A stretch of DNA of 63,003 nucleotides, the filler included, from Folioceros fuciformis (Eukaryota): assembly GCA_049999805.1 (NCBI GenBank). It is 14 parts of 14 records of this genome, joined end to end, with 100 filler letters (N's around TTAATTAATTAA, not from the genome) between each part and the next. Parts side by side here need not be neighbours in the genome. Positions count along the whole stretch, not along the records: positions 21,319 to 26,149 come from JBNGIO010004886.1; positions 26,250 to 33,661 come from JBNGIO010004887.1; positions 33,762 to 35,651 come from JBNGIO010004888.1; positions 35,752 to 40,589 come from JBNGIO010004889.1; 10 more parts are not named here. One strand, 5' to 3'. Both the position numbers and the translations under genes were made by a program. Within the stretch, counting starts at the first letter, position 1; each line of letters starts with the position of its first letter. Below are positions 22,427 through 36,742 of this stretch, piece by piece. The notes under the pieces were generated by a model. It saw only the letters and a program-made list of their open reading frames with translations, was not told where the DNA came from and did no database searches.

Positions 22427-23270
22427 AGGAATACACGAACACTGTGACATAGCCATAGCAAAGACTCACCTGGGACACTCATCACGGAAGTGCGTTATAT
22501 GCTTGTGTATGTCTTTGGAGCAATCCTTTGCTGCTTGGTGTCCTTAGTATTCGACGAGGGCCGCAACACAAGCTCCCAGAACTACACAATGGTCTCTCTG
22601 ATGTGTTATGGGACCATGTCACTCCAAGACTTCCGGCCTAGTCCACACCAAGGTGAAACATCACCACGTCCTAACCCTTTGCGAGAGGTAAGTGCTCGAT
22701 ACAGCTGCCTCCTACTAACATCTATCTGTCGAGAAAGAGATGAAACAAGATGCCTCCCCTGGATGTCATCTGACAAAATGATGTTGAACAAAGTGTTTCT
22801 CGCCCTTAAGTGATCACCATGATGTATATCCTTCAGGCTTGTGCAAGCATTCTTCACATTCTTCAGTATCAGTGCAGCAAGCTTGTTGTCCCTAGCAGAC
22901 TAGCTAAATTCAGATTGGTAACACTTCAGTATTGGTAGTTGCCAAAAATGAGTCAAAATGTCCTTACTGCAATCTACTGTGTATGCTGAAGTGGCATGCA
23001 GAAATTGTTGCCCAAGCTCATGAGCAACCCATTGCTTAACCCTGGTAGAACACTGACGCAGCCCATCTTGTGCAATTACAGTACGCTGCTCTGCTCTCCA
23101 CTTCCGCACACATTCGATAGACATGCATTTTACATGATGGCCATCACCAATAACACACTATCCATCCCCACCAACATCAATAGCATGAAGACCTACCACC
23201 CCTTCCACCCCTTCACTGTTGTCCAAATAAATTGTGGGAATTGTTGCAGCTGGAGGACATGTCTGGTGCT
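22427..23270 (-). pseudogene. Degenerate ORF of unassigned, possibly DNA-transposon (Sola-like) origin
   Basis: ORFs 22900-23124 and 22606-22857 are in one frame separated by a stop and continue as RKSWSDMVP*HIRETIV*FWELVLRPSSNTKD...RIAPKTY. The family suggestion is from recalled motif resemblance only. Confidence 0.3.
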
Positions 23271-23514
23271 AAACTTGCCTTTCCCTAGAGGGCTTAGAGG
23301 ATAAGGTTCAACAGGTTTTAAGGCAACAACCTACCTTGGGCGCTGACGGGTGGTATACATACTCCATGGATAGTAAGGATGCCGATTCTGAGGAGGAAGA
23401 CCTAGAATTGGATAGGGTTATTTGGCTTTCTGGTTTGGCTGATAGAGAAGACCTGCGGACATTCAAGGTCATGTCACCTCAAGGGCTTTTGGAAAGTCAG
23501 GGTAGGGACGATGG

Positions 23515-23642
23515 TGATGTCCGAAGAGGGGAACTGTGGGCCATCACGATCCTCTCTAAGTCTGGTCGTGCAGGGCGTTGATGTCCGAAGAGGGGAACTG
23601 TGGGCCATCACGATCCTCTCTAAGTCTGGTCGTGCAGGGCGT
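23515..23642 (+). repeat. Perfect 64-bp direct tandem duplication
   Basis: TGATGTCCGAAG...CAGGGCGT at 23515-23578 and 23579-23642. Confidence 0.92.
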
Positions 23643-24042
23643 GTTGAGATGTCACCCCCGCCATGCTCAAAGGAGGTTAAAACAAGTTAGTTGACAAGTT
23701 AGTTGAAGCAAGATGCAGAATCCCAAAACTAAGAGCACTATAACAAGGCTCTTAAACTCAAATAAAAAGGAGAATTACAAAAACAACACAATACAAGTGA
23801 AGAGGGAGTTAGACTACATATACTAGGTGGGTTCATCCCTTCTTTTATGGACCTATGGGTGGCACTCTCATTTCGTGCCCAATATGGGATAAATGACCCC
23901 AAACCCTACAATACTTTTTTTTGCCTAACATAGCAAAGTCTAATAAGCTACATATATATATTAATCACTCTTACCACTAATTAGTACAAACTCAATAAGC
24001 TAGATTAGCACTAATTAATATCAACATTAATCATGCTTAACA
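23642..24042. mobile_element. Solo LTR (401 bp) with 5-bp TSD GGGCG, inside the LINE
   Basis: TGTTGAG...CTTAACA termini; GGGCG at 23637-23641 and 24043-24047; AT-rich interior. Confidence 0.82.
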
Positions 24043-25859
24043 GGGCGGTGGTTCACTGAACTTGAAGGCCCTAGTGGACAACCAACTTCGGACAAACCAG
24101 TTGTCCGATGTTGGTTCCAGCTTGCGGAAAATTGGGATTTGGCCTTAAGACCATATCTCTACAAATGACCCAAGCGCCTAGGATGCAAGGCAGGCAGCCT
24201 TCGATCGTTCTTCAACTGACCAATGGCGGACATATTTCTCTAGATGGTGCGAGCGCAGAAAATCAGGCAACGGCAACCAATGCCTCCCCGACTACAGGTA
24301 TCTGTGCGGCAACAAAGGGAAGTTGTCAAGCTTCTTTAGAAGTCAAATGGAATTCCCCCCAAGGTTAGGACGATGGTTTGGTGCTTTTCTCAAGCTTGTT
24401 TGCCTAATGCGAATAGATGGGATGGGTTGTTGGTTGCAACGGGAGAAGACCAGTGTCAACTGTGTAACTATGGTGCCCCAAACAAAAGTCAGCACATGTT
24501 CTTCCACTGCAGCTTTGCCCAGGAGATATGGAGTGAGGTGGGCAGGTGGTTGCAAAGAATTCTTCCCGGTAACAACCTCAAGATCACGAAACAAACTACC
24601 CTATTTGGGCTGGATTCAACCTCAGGCAAAGCTCTACTTTAGTCGCAATGGTGGGTTTTACTGTGGTCTTCCTGTCTTTTCCATCTTTGGGTCAACTGGT
24701 CCTCCGTGGTCTATGGAGATACGGTGCCAGCCTCATCTAAGGCTCTTCTATGGCGCATTTGGGAGCATTTATTGATTGCAGCAGAAAGTATGAGGCAGTC
24801 CCATCGGAAACGATTCAAGCGGAGAGAGGGGAAGTCGGTGGGCTTTCTAGTTCCTGGGAATGAAGAACACTGGAATCACGCCTGCCCTTGGGGAAGGTGA
24901 GCTCTCATGGTCTTCGAGTGAATTCCAAGTTTAAATCTAAATGGACTTAGTAGGTGAATGGTTTTAGTAGTCTGATAGTGTCAGGGTGATGAGGAGCGTT
25001 TTCTGCGTCCTATCCGGAGGTCTGGATACGAAGTCGGTTTTTCCTCTTGATCCTGGTGGGCATGCTTTGTAAATACGTGAGCAGGGTCCCCTTAGTATTG
25101 TAAGAGGATGACAATACTAATCAGAATTATTTTCTTCGCAGAAAAAAAACTTGCCTTTCCCTTTGTCGCCGCTTCTGCTAAGCCCATGCCCACCGCTGGC
25201 TTCCAGGGGATCGGGCCATTCCATAAATCAGAATGGGCTATTTAGTGGCAGAAGCTATCATAGAGGCTGCCCTTGGCATATGCACCTTGATAAAACAACA
25301 AGGGAACACCTTCATGAGAATCAAGTGCATAAGTTGGCAAGCCTCAATCCTAAACACATTTCCACCTCCGTGAGAATCAAGTGCAGAGGTTGGCAAGTCA
25401 GCTCCCTAAACACACTACACCTCTGTGAGCAAACATACCTAATACCGAGACCCAAAACACATCTAAATTTGTCATCCTCCTACAACTTACGCTAACCCTA
25501 CCAATAAATCAATCCTGCCCCACAATCAACAGGCAGTCGGAGCATGTCACCTGTTGTTTGGACACTGCCAGCAACTTTGCCACATCACACCAATTGCTCG
25601 CCTCATACACACCAACGTCCTACCACTGCACGTAGAAGATGGTTCAATATTCTATTCCATTGGATTCCTCTTCTTTTCAATGTCCCGTTCCCATCCATTT
25701 TCTCTTCCTTTCAATTTCATATGATATGGAAATGTAAGAGAATGTAAAGCTATCCTCCTTTTCTATAGCCCATACCACTTTGCTTATCTCATATGGCAAA
25801 AAGGTGATCATACCTTTCAGTATCAATATCTCATACTTTCAATATGTCATATCGTAAAG

Positions 25860-26149
25860 CCATCTTCCCTTTCAATATCTCATATCCTCCCTTTCAATAT
25901 GTTGTATCCTGCCCCTCAACATGTTGTATCCTCCCCTTCAACATGTTGTATCCTCCCCCTCAACATGTTGTATCCTCCCTTACGATTCTGGTTCTCCCTC
26001 TCAATAAATATCTCATATCTTATATCCTCCCTTTCAATAAATACCTTATATCTTATATCCTCCCTTACGATTCTGGTTCTCCCTCTCAATAAATATCTCA
26101 TATCTTATATCCTCCCTTTCAATAAATACCTTATATCTTATATCCTCCC
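25860..26149. repeat. Compound tandem repeat built on an ATCCTCCC(T/C)TTCAA core (~22-bp units, then longer duplicated units)
   Basis: Repeated TATCCTCCCTTTCAAT / CATGTTGTATCCTCCC and duplicated TACGATTCTGGTTCTCCCTCTCAATAAATATCTC; runs into the gap. Confidence 0.8.
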
Positions 26150-26329
26150 NNNNNNNNNNNNNNNNNNNNNNNNNNNNNNNNNNNNNNNNNNNNTTAATTA
26201 ATTAANNNNNNNNNNNNNNNNNNNNNNNNNNNNNNNNNNNNNNNNNNNNAAATGTGAGCCACAAAGCACGTGCTGCGCATCAGCGCCTTTCACCACCCGA
26301 AACGTGAGGATCCGATAAGTGGGACTCAC

Positions 26330-29620
<3,291 letters not shown>

Positions 29621-31386
29621 CCTTTGCGAGATGACAGTTGCCGAGCAGACAACTCAAGGCTTGACGTCGGCTAGAAATCACGTGGAGGATGAGGCCTGAA
29701 GACCACCACAGTATCACATAACAAAGGACAAAGTCTGAACAGCTCCCGCTGCCACCATCACTAAATTATGAAGAAGCTCGTCTTTCGAATTCTACTCCCG
29801 GTTTCGCAAAACAGCCCACACACCTACATACTCGCCACTTGAGGGAGTTGAACCAATGCGACGGAGTTGAGCCAATGCAGCCTCCAACATTCCCGAGAGG
29901 ATTGTGCAGGCGGACGAGAACCCTGTGATTGTGCTTCCCATAGTCCCCTCCACCGCGGACAAGACCTCCTGCTTGACAAGCAATATCGTTTTCCCGAACC
30001 CAGGACAGCCTATGGAGTCTGTACTCTATGAATGAAGTTCCTGTGTATCCTTCGTTGCTTCGGTTGCATTTCGTTCTTGTGCTGTTCCTGGCACTGGAGA
30101 TGTGGTCCAGCCCAGTGTGACCTAGAATTACCGGTCGGTGACTGGAAGGGGCCACCAAATTCGGCCCCGAGCACTATTTGGCGTCCGGGCGAAACGGTAC
30201 CGCTAACAAGTGCCGCGTCCCGCGGCAGGCCAGCGTCCCGGGGCGGCCCTTATCCCTCTGTGGCCCAACTTGGCGCGGCGGCCACTACACCTGCGGCGCC
30301 TTGCGTACCGCCTGTCGCGTGGACGCCTCCAGCTGCGTCCGTTCAGGTTGACGCGCCGACTTGGTGCAGTGTGTGCGCGCGCGCGGCCAGGGCGGTTGCT
30401 CCGCCCCCAAGAATTGCAGCCCGAGGTGAAGCTTCCTGCGACCTGGTGGAGTGCAGAAATTCTGAATTGTGATTGAAATTCATGGGGTTCCTGCATCGTT
30501 CACCGGGTTATCTTCAAGTTCCGGATCGCTGGGCCCATAGCTCCATGTCTGATGTTGAATTGCTCGAAAATGCTCTAAGCTCCAGCCGTGATTGGGACAT
30601 CCAGGGCTCGGGCATCGACCATTGTGGTTAGGGCGATGCCGGGTTGAAATTAGAGGATTGGAGGCCTGGGTGCGCCGCACGTGGCGATGTTGGGCAGGAT
30701 TGTGAGTCAGAAATGTGAGGACGTCGAGTGGTAGGCTTTGCATCCATCTGGGTGCTGAAGACAGTCCGAAGTTCACCGAATTCCTGGTGTTAGTTCGGCG
30801 GCGCTGGAATGGAGTGCATGACGCTGGGACATGAGGAAGGAAAAATAAGAAAATAATAATACGTTTAATTATATTTTTCTTTTATAATCTTGTCCACTTA
30901 ATTACATAGTCCTTCTATAGTCTTGCCCAAAGGATGGGACTCTGGGAGTGAAGGGTTAGTCTAACGTAACTAGATTGATATTCTAATACTTGCCAATCTC
31001 CAGTGGGGGAGCCCCTGCATGTTGCCAATGGTGGACGCATTCGAGTGTGAGTCACAATGAGCAAATACTGGACATACCTGCGTGCACTCTATTGTTCCAA
31101 GATGGCATTGTCCCTGGTCCACAGCCCATTGGACCTCGACGTACATGCTATGCTCCACGTCACGGCAGGTTCAGTCTAGTTCACTGATGCGGGAATTGTC
31201 GAACTGGAGCCCGAGCGGGAGTTCAAGCAGCTCACTAAATTCAGACGAACGTTCCTCCGGGCACTCGGATGTCGGAGGGAGGTGCTTATAATGGAAGGGC
31301 AGAGTGGATGCAGAGTGTAAGAATTGGTGACTGTGATTTGGCACGCTCCACCGAGGCTCGGAGTTTCCAGTAGCGGCACCGGAGTC

Positions 31387-32640
31387 ATGGGTGCCTCTGG
31401 GAGCTCGTGGCTGAAATGGGCGTTTCTGCTCGCTCTCTTGTTCGTTTCGGGAGAAAGGTGTGCTGGCGAAGGTCGTGACGTTGGATCGGGACTCGGAAGA
31501 AAGGAGGGCGCGGCTCCGAAGCAACGTGGTGGCTATATCGGTCGCAGGTCCTGGGGCCGGTTCGAGAACGACGCGAAAAGCCTGCAAGTGGCACTGAATC
31601 TGGAGTTCTTGGAGGCGGAGTTCTTTCTGTTCTCTGCCTTGGGGTACGGTCTGGACAAAGTGAACTCCTCGCTCGTAGGAAAGGGACCGGCCCCGTACGG
31701 TGCACAGAAGGCTAAGCTTGACAGCCTCACGAAGGATCTCATTGCTGAATTCGCGTACCAGGAAGTTGGTCACCTTCGGTATGTGTTGTAGTTTTTACCC
31801 TGCATTCATGAAGCTCCTGAATTCGTCCAAACTCAGATCTCGTACCGGTGGTGTCTGACGGGATTGACGATGCTCCTGTATGTGCAGGGAGATCAAGGAG
31901 ACTCTCGGTAAGTGGTACTTCAGCAGACCTCAACTGGACATCAGCAAGAAGGTGTTTGCCAACATCTTCGATAAAGCACTTGGAGAGAAGCTGGATCCTC
32001 CATTCGATGTGTATGCGAATCCGGTGAACTACTTTCTGGGCGTCTACATCATCCCCTACGTCGGCCTGACAGGATATGTGGGAGCAGCTCCGAATCTTCT
32101 CACCCGAGTCTTCAAACGCGTAAGTCTCTCTGCACACACAGAGTGTGACTACCTGCTGACATTAAATCTGAGTGCGTTTGGAGGCTTGAGTTTGTCGTCA
32201 AGAATCTGAAGCAGTGCCATGAATGTAAACTGGCTCACGAACAGCGTGTTGCCGGGTTGCTGGGAGTCGAGGCTGGGCAAGATGCAGTAACTCGCCAGTA
32301 CCTGTACGAACGCAAGGATGACAAAGTTAAGCCATACGATTACACTGTGTCTTATTTCACCGACAGAATTTCTGATTTGCGCAACAAGCTGTCCGATGCT
32401 CTTGTGGATGAGGGACTGAGTGTGCCTCCGAGGCTATCGGCTGGAGTAGGGATCGTGAAGACATCAGAGAAACTTGTTGGCAATATTCTTGCTGGAGACC
32501 AGAACTCTGTTGCTTTTGCTCGAACGCCAGCACAAATCTTCAGCACCGTGTACGGCAGTGGCGATCCTAGCAAGCCAGGAGGCTTCTACCCTAAGGGAGC
32601 TAAGGGAGTCCTTGCCAAATCATTCCTCAAAAAAGTTTAG
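31387..32640 (+). CDS. Desiccation-related protein PCC13-62-like (ferritin-like domain, predicted secreted); exons 31387-31778, 31888-32119, 32245-32640; 339 aa
   Basis: Signal-peptide-like N-terminus; ALNLEFLEAEFF, EFAYQEVGHLR, FSRPQLD, IPYVGLTGYVG, LLGVEAGQDA, VYGSG...PGGFYPKGAKG. Two GT-AG introns keep the frame (1020 nt in total). Confidence 0.93.
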
Positions 32641-33807
32641 ACCCACAAACCTGGCGAAGTTTGTGCATGTTAATCCCTTTGGCCAAAAGCGTTTCATGCT
32701 GCAACTTTTATGTTCGTCATCTCACAGATACAATTTTGGAAGATTCTTCTCCAGAGAAGTGCTTGCAAAAAATGGTCGATGTGTCCGTGTCTATTGAAAT
32801 GAAGGTCTGGTCTCCAGAACATACCCAAACCGCATCGCATCTTCTGATGCTTGGCTGCTCAAAATGTGACCTGCCTCCGAACCTAAGAGCAAGCACTCTC
32901 GGCTACAGATGAAATTCCCTTCAGAGCCAAATTTCAGACGAGCTATGGGCTTCCGTTCGCGAAGGTTCTTCGTGTTTTCTTTCTTCGTACTTAGAAGTCG
33001 TAGTAGAATTTGTCGTCAATGAGAGTGCGTCTTTTATCTCATCCTGCGTGGAGGCAGGATAGAACTATCATCTCCAGCAGCAGAGCAACCCGTGCTAACC
33101 AATCCACCAATCGATGAATGCCGCCCTCTTTCGTTCGGTGTGGGACGAACCTACCGGCGCAGACCACTATGTCAGCTCATGACCCAGTCCATGAGACTTG
33201 GTAATGAATGAAATAAGCTATCGCCGTGCACGGTTGTCCGAGGCAAGTGCGGGTTCACCTGGCACCAGCAATAAGCTAGGCAACATGCCTATACATATCT
33301 GTCAACCCCGTCAACTCGGGTACCGGCTGTCCTATCCTTCACGAGCAAGGTGGAGAGCAGAGACGCAAGATGGGGAACGCCTTATCGGACCGTCAAAGGC
33401 CCACTCGGGTACGCACGACCGGGTCGACGGGCGCCGGCCGGGGACGTTTAAAAGGCGGGCAGGCAGCAGGCCAATGTAGTCCTCGATCTTTGGCTTCATC
33501 AGATCGGAGTGGGGAACAACAGCGAGAGATCTGAGCAAGCACTGCCACCCGATCGAGCGAGCTTCGTAAGGCCAAGGGAGCTTCTTCAGTGTTGAGGGCG
33601 ATCGAGAAGATCTAGAGTGACGATGACGAAGTCCAAGGCGTCGCAGCCAGCAGCACAGATTNNNNNNNNNNNNNNNNNNNNNNNNNNNNNNNNNNNNNNN
33701 NNNNNTTAATTAATTAANNNNNNNNNNNNNNNNNNNNNNNNNNNNNNNNNNNNNNNNNNNNTTTTTCAACCAAAACAAACTACTACCCCAAACTTTGGAG
33801 GTTCACA

Positions 33808-35651
33808 AAGGTCATAAAATATCTACTACCACTGAAAGAAGGTGTAGAGATAAGGCCACAAATATCTGTATGAACAAGCTCTAGAGGACATTTTGCGGTC
33901 TGTGGGGAGATGTTCTTAAAGGGGGCTTGATGTCTTTTGGTAATGATACAAGTCTCACACCATGAGAGGTGTTGAATGTGAGAGAGGCAGGGTGTGTGGT
34001 ATAAATTTCCTGCCTTAGACATTTGTACTAATTTTTGACTATTTAGATGACCAAGACGACAATGCCATAACATTGTGGGAGAGGGACTTTGAGGCAAAGA
34101 ACTGGCGACATGAGCAGATTGTTGACCTCCTACCATGACAGACAATTTATAAAGGCCATCTTCTAAAGTACCACTACAAATGATATGATTGCTATCACCT
34201 ACATAAGAGAGAAAGCAACTATTTGTAAAGAGGGTCACCTGCATAGAATGGGTTTGACAGATACTTGCAACTGATAATAGATTCTTGCACATTGATGGAA
34301 CATGGAGGACTTGGTGGAGGTGAAGGACTTGTCCAGAATCACATGTCAGTACAACAGAACCAGTACCTTTGATAGGCAGGTTGTGATCATCTCCCAAGAG
34401 GACAGATTGATGTCCTGTGGTTGGTGAGTATGATTGGAAATAACTTTTGTTGTAACATATATGTGATGTTGCTCCACTGTCTAAATACCATGAGGTATTA
34501 GCAGGCTTTGATGATGCCAAACATATAGTGAGCACTGTTGGAGTTGATGAAGTTTGCTTTTTGGATGCTACATTAACTCCATGTGAAGCCTCCTTGCGAG
34601 GTTCACCATTCTTCTTTTTGCGACAGTCCTTTTCCATATGGTTAGGGATCCTACACCAATTGCATATGATGTCGCTCTTCTTTTTACCCTTTGAAGGTGT
34701 GGATGAAGAGCTTTCTCCAATGTTCGTACTTGGCGAAGAATATGGAGGACGTTGGGAAGAGAAACCTCGGCCTCTGCCCCGTCCTCTTCCACTGCCTCTC
34801 TGCAAGTACATTACTTGTTGTTTATTAGGCCTGGAGTGAGTATGGCGCCTACTTGCCTCCTCCTGAAGAAGTGCTCCGATCAATTCATAAACACTTATGT
34901 CAAACCCTTTTGTGCCATCATCTGCAGTTCTCCGTGAATTACGTATAATTGCGTTTTGAGTAGTGATGAATGGACAATAGGAGGAAGGCAATGAAGATAG
35001 AAGAGTGACATAAGCTTCCATCTCTGATATAGGAACACCAGTCGCAGATTCAACTTGGGAGCGTGCTTGTCTAAAAGCATTAATATGATGTTCAATTGTA
35101 TCGGATTCTTTCATGGACAAGTTATGGAAATTACGAGAGGCTGCCACAATACTCATTACATCTTGTGATGAATATAATTGAGCAAGGTGAGACCACATTT
35201 CATGAGATGTTTTTGCATGTGCAACATGCCTAACCATTTGTTGAGAGAGTCCACTTATCAATAAATCTTGTGCCTTCTCATCCCTGGCGTCCCAGGAAAT
35301 CTAAAGTTCACGTTCTTCATCAGACCTTGGTCTTGTTATGAATCCATCAATGATACCCCATAATGCTCTTGGTCTTAATGCTCCTCGCATACGTAATGCC
35401 CAAATATCATAATCTTTCCCGTTGAATCTATCTTTCTCTTTGAAACCATCACCAAAATGATAATATTGTGTGGGAGGATGAACATTAACATTACTCATAG
35501 GTGAATTTGGAGCGGCTTCAAATTCTTCGTCAATCACTCCGGCTATAGCTAAATGTCCTCAAAGGACAAAGCTGTTGTGGTAAGGCTTATGCTCAATTTT
35601 ATTACACATATAGAATTCGTCCATTGGATTATATTCAGGAGATGATGGTCT
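33808..35651 (-). mobile_element. Copia gag-protease-start of integrase, degenerate; cut at 33807 by another LTR-like end (...GGTTCACA)
   Basis: YDIWALRMRG, CNWCRIPNHMEKDC, WYLDSGATSH, LWHCRLGH, LELVHTDICG. Confidence 0.9.
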
Positions 35652-35751
35652 NNNNNNNNNNNNNNNNNNNNNNNNNNNNNNNNNNNNNNNNNNNNTTAAT
35701 TAATTAANNNNNNNNNNNNNNNNNNNNNNNNNNNNNNNNNNNNNNNNNNNN

Positions 35752-36742
35752 CCTATAGCAGCAGAAATGCCAGCTGACACGAACATGACATGTCCTCGTA
35801 GGGACTGCATTACAGTCTACTTTGCTGGGTCCTCTGTGGACAGGGCATGTCCCTATGCTGTCTCTGTGCTGCATACAGGTTGAAGGAAGAACATGGCATG
35901 TTCAGTGGATGAAGCGTTCCTACTACACCTAATCGTGAATATGACCAAAACACAGGAAAATTTTCTATGCGCAAGCTTACCAGGCTAGAACGGTGGTTTG
36001 TAGATGTAGCCCAGGAGCTCTAACTCTCTGATCACAGCTTTGCATTCAGCAGGAGTCAGGGGGTGCGCTAGGATGTCCTTGGGCTGCGACTGCTGCAACA
36101 GCGTTGCCTGACTAGACCACCAGGAGCTAGGGCATGCAGGTTGAGCTGCGGCAGTGAGAGTACTCTGCTGGGCTGTTTCCCGTTGAGAGGGAGCCTTGGT
36201 TTTCTTCTTGCTGTCGTGGTGCTCCAGCTTGGCTCTGGCTTGGTGAGTCACTAGGTCGCTGTCCTCCTTGTCTGTGCTATACCGAGAAGCCTCCTTTAGC
36301 TCAGATGGAGATCGTAATCTCTTCCTCCTGGGGAATCCACAGTTCTTGAGGCGAGCCATTGTGCTCTCTACCACTATCACCACGAAGATGGTTTGGGCGA
36401 TGGTCGCCATCAGCTCCATAAGTAGGCACCAGGTTGCAGGCGTGGCTTCCATGATGCATACAGAGGTATACGAAGAGCCTGCCGCGAGGAGCTTGCTTCG
36501 CGCCTGAACGTTGTGTCCGCACAGCCCGTTTTTATTAGATGCTCTGCTGTATAACCCTACGGACGGGTTAAGAGGGAGTGTTAGTAAATAGGGACTTTTT
36601 ACCCTGCCCTTGGGTTAAATAGTTTAGGGTAATATACCTTTTCGTAACTTAGGGTTACACAGATAATTTTGTATATAAACACATATTGCCTTTGATTTAA
36701 TTTATCATTTTTGTGCACTTGTATGTTCAAAGTAGAATAGCT
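35752..36742 (+). mobile_element. 3' region, PPT and short LTR (from 36579) of a probable copia element nested in the neighbouring element
   Basis: AAGAGGGAG|TGTTAG at 36570-36584; AT-rich ~160-bp LTR-like segment that interrupts the neighbour's RNase H (…KSISG). Confidence 0.65.
35985..36452 (-). CDS. Hypothetical 155-aa protein, antisense in an LTR-element 3' region
   Basis: ATG-to-stop ORF with a hydrophobic N-terminal stretch and basic/charged middle; no family recognised. Confidence 0.4.
   Translation of the reverse strand: MEATPATWCLLMELMATIAQTIFVVIVVESTMARLKNCGFPRRKRLRSPSELKEASRYSTDKEDSDLVTHQARAKLEHHDSKKKTKAPSQRETAQQSTLTAAAQPACPSSWWSSQATLLQQSQPKDILAHPLTPAECKAVIRELELLGYIYKPPF

Larger units (their letters stand above)
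23287..25146 (+). mobile_element. 5'-truncated L1-type LINE with A-tail and 16-bp target-site duplication
   Basis: zf-RVT-like CQLCNYGAPNKSQHMFFHCSFAQEIW; A-run 25142-25149; AAACTTGCCTTTCCCT at 23271-23286 and 25147-25162. Confidence 0.88.

Noticed and set aside
29766-30776. GC-rich ORFs between the RecQ relic and the PCC13-62-like gene
   Set aside because: Several overlapping short frames with stops; may be the decayed RecQ 5' region, but no product can be supported.
33000-33661. GC-rich segment with a TATA-like TTTAAAA that could be an LTR or gene start
   Set aside because: No termini, PBS or recognisable protein before the gap.
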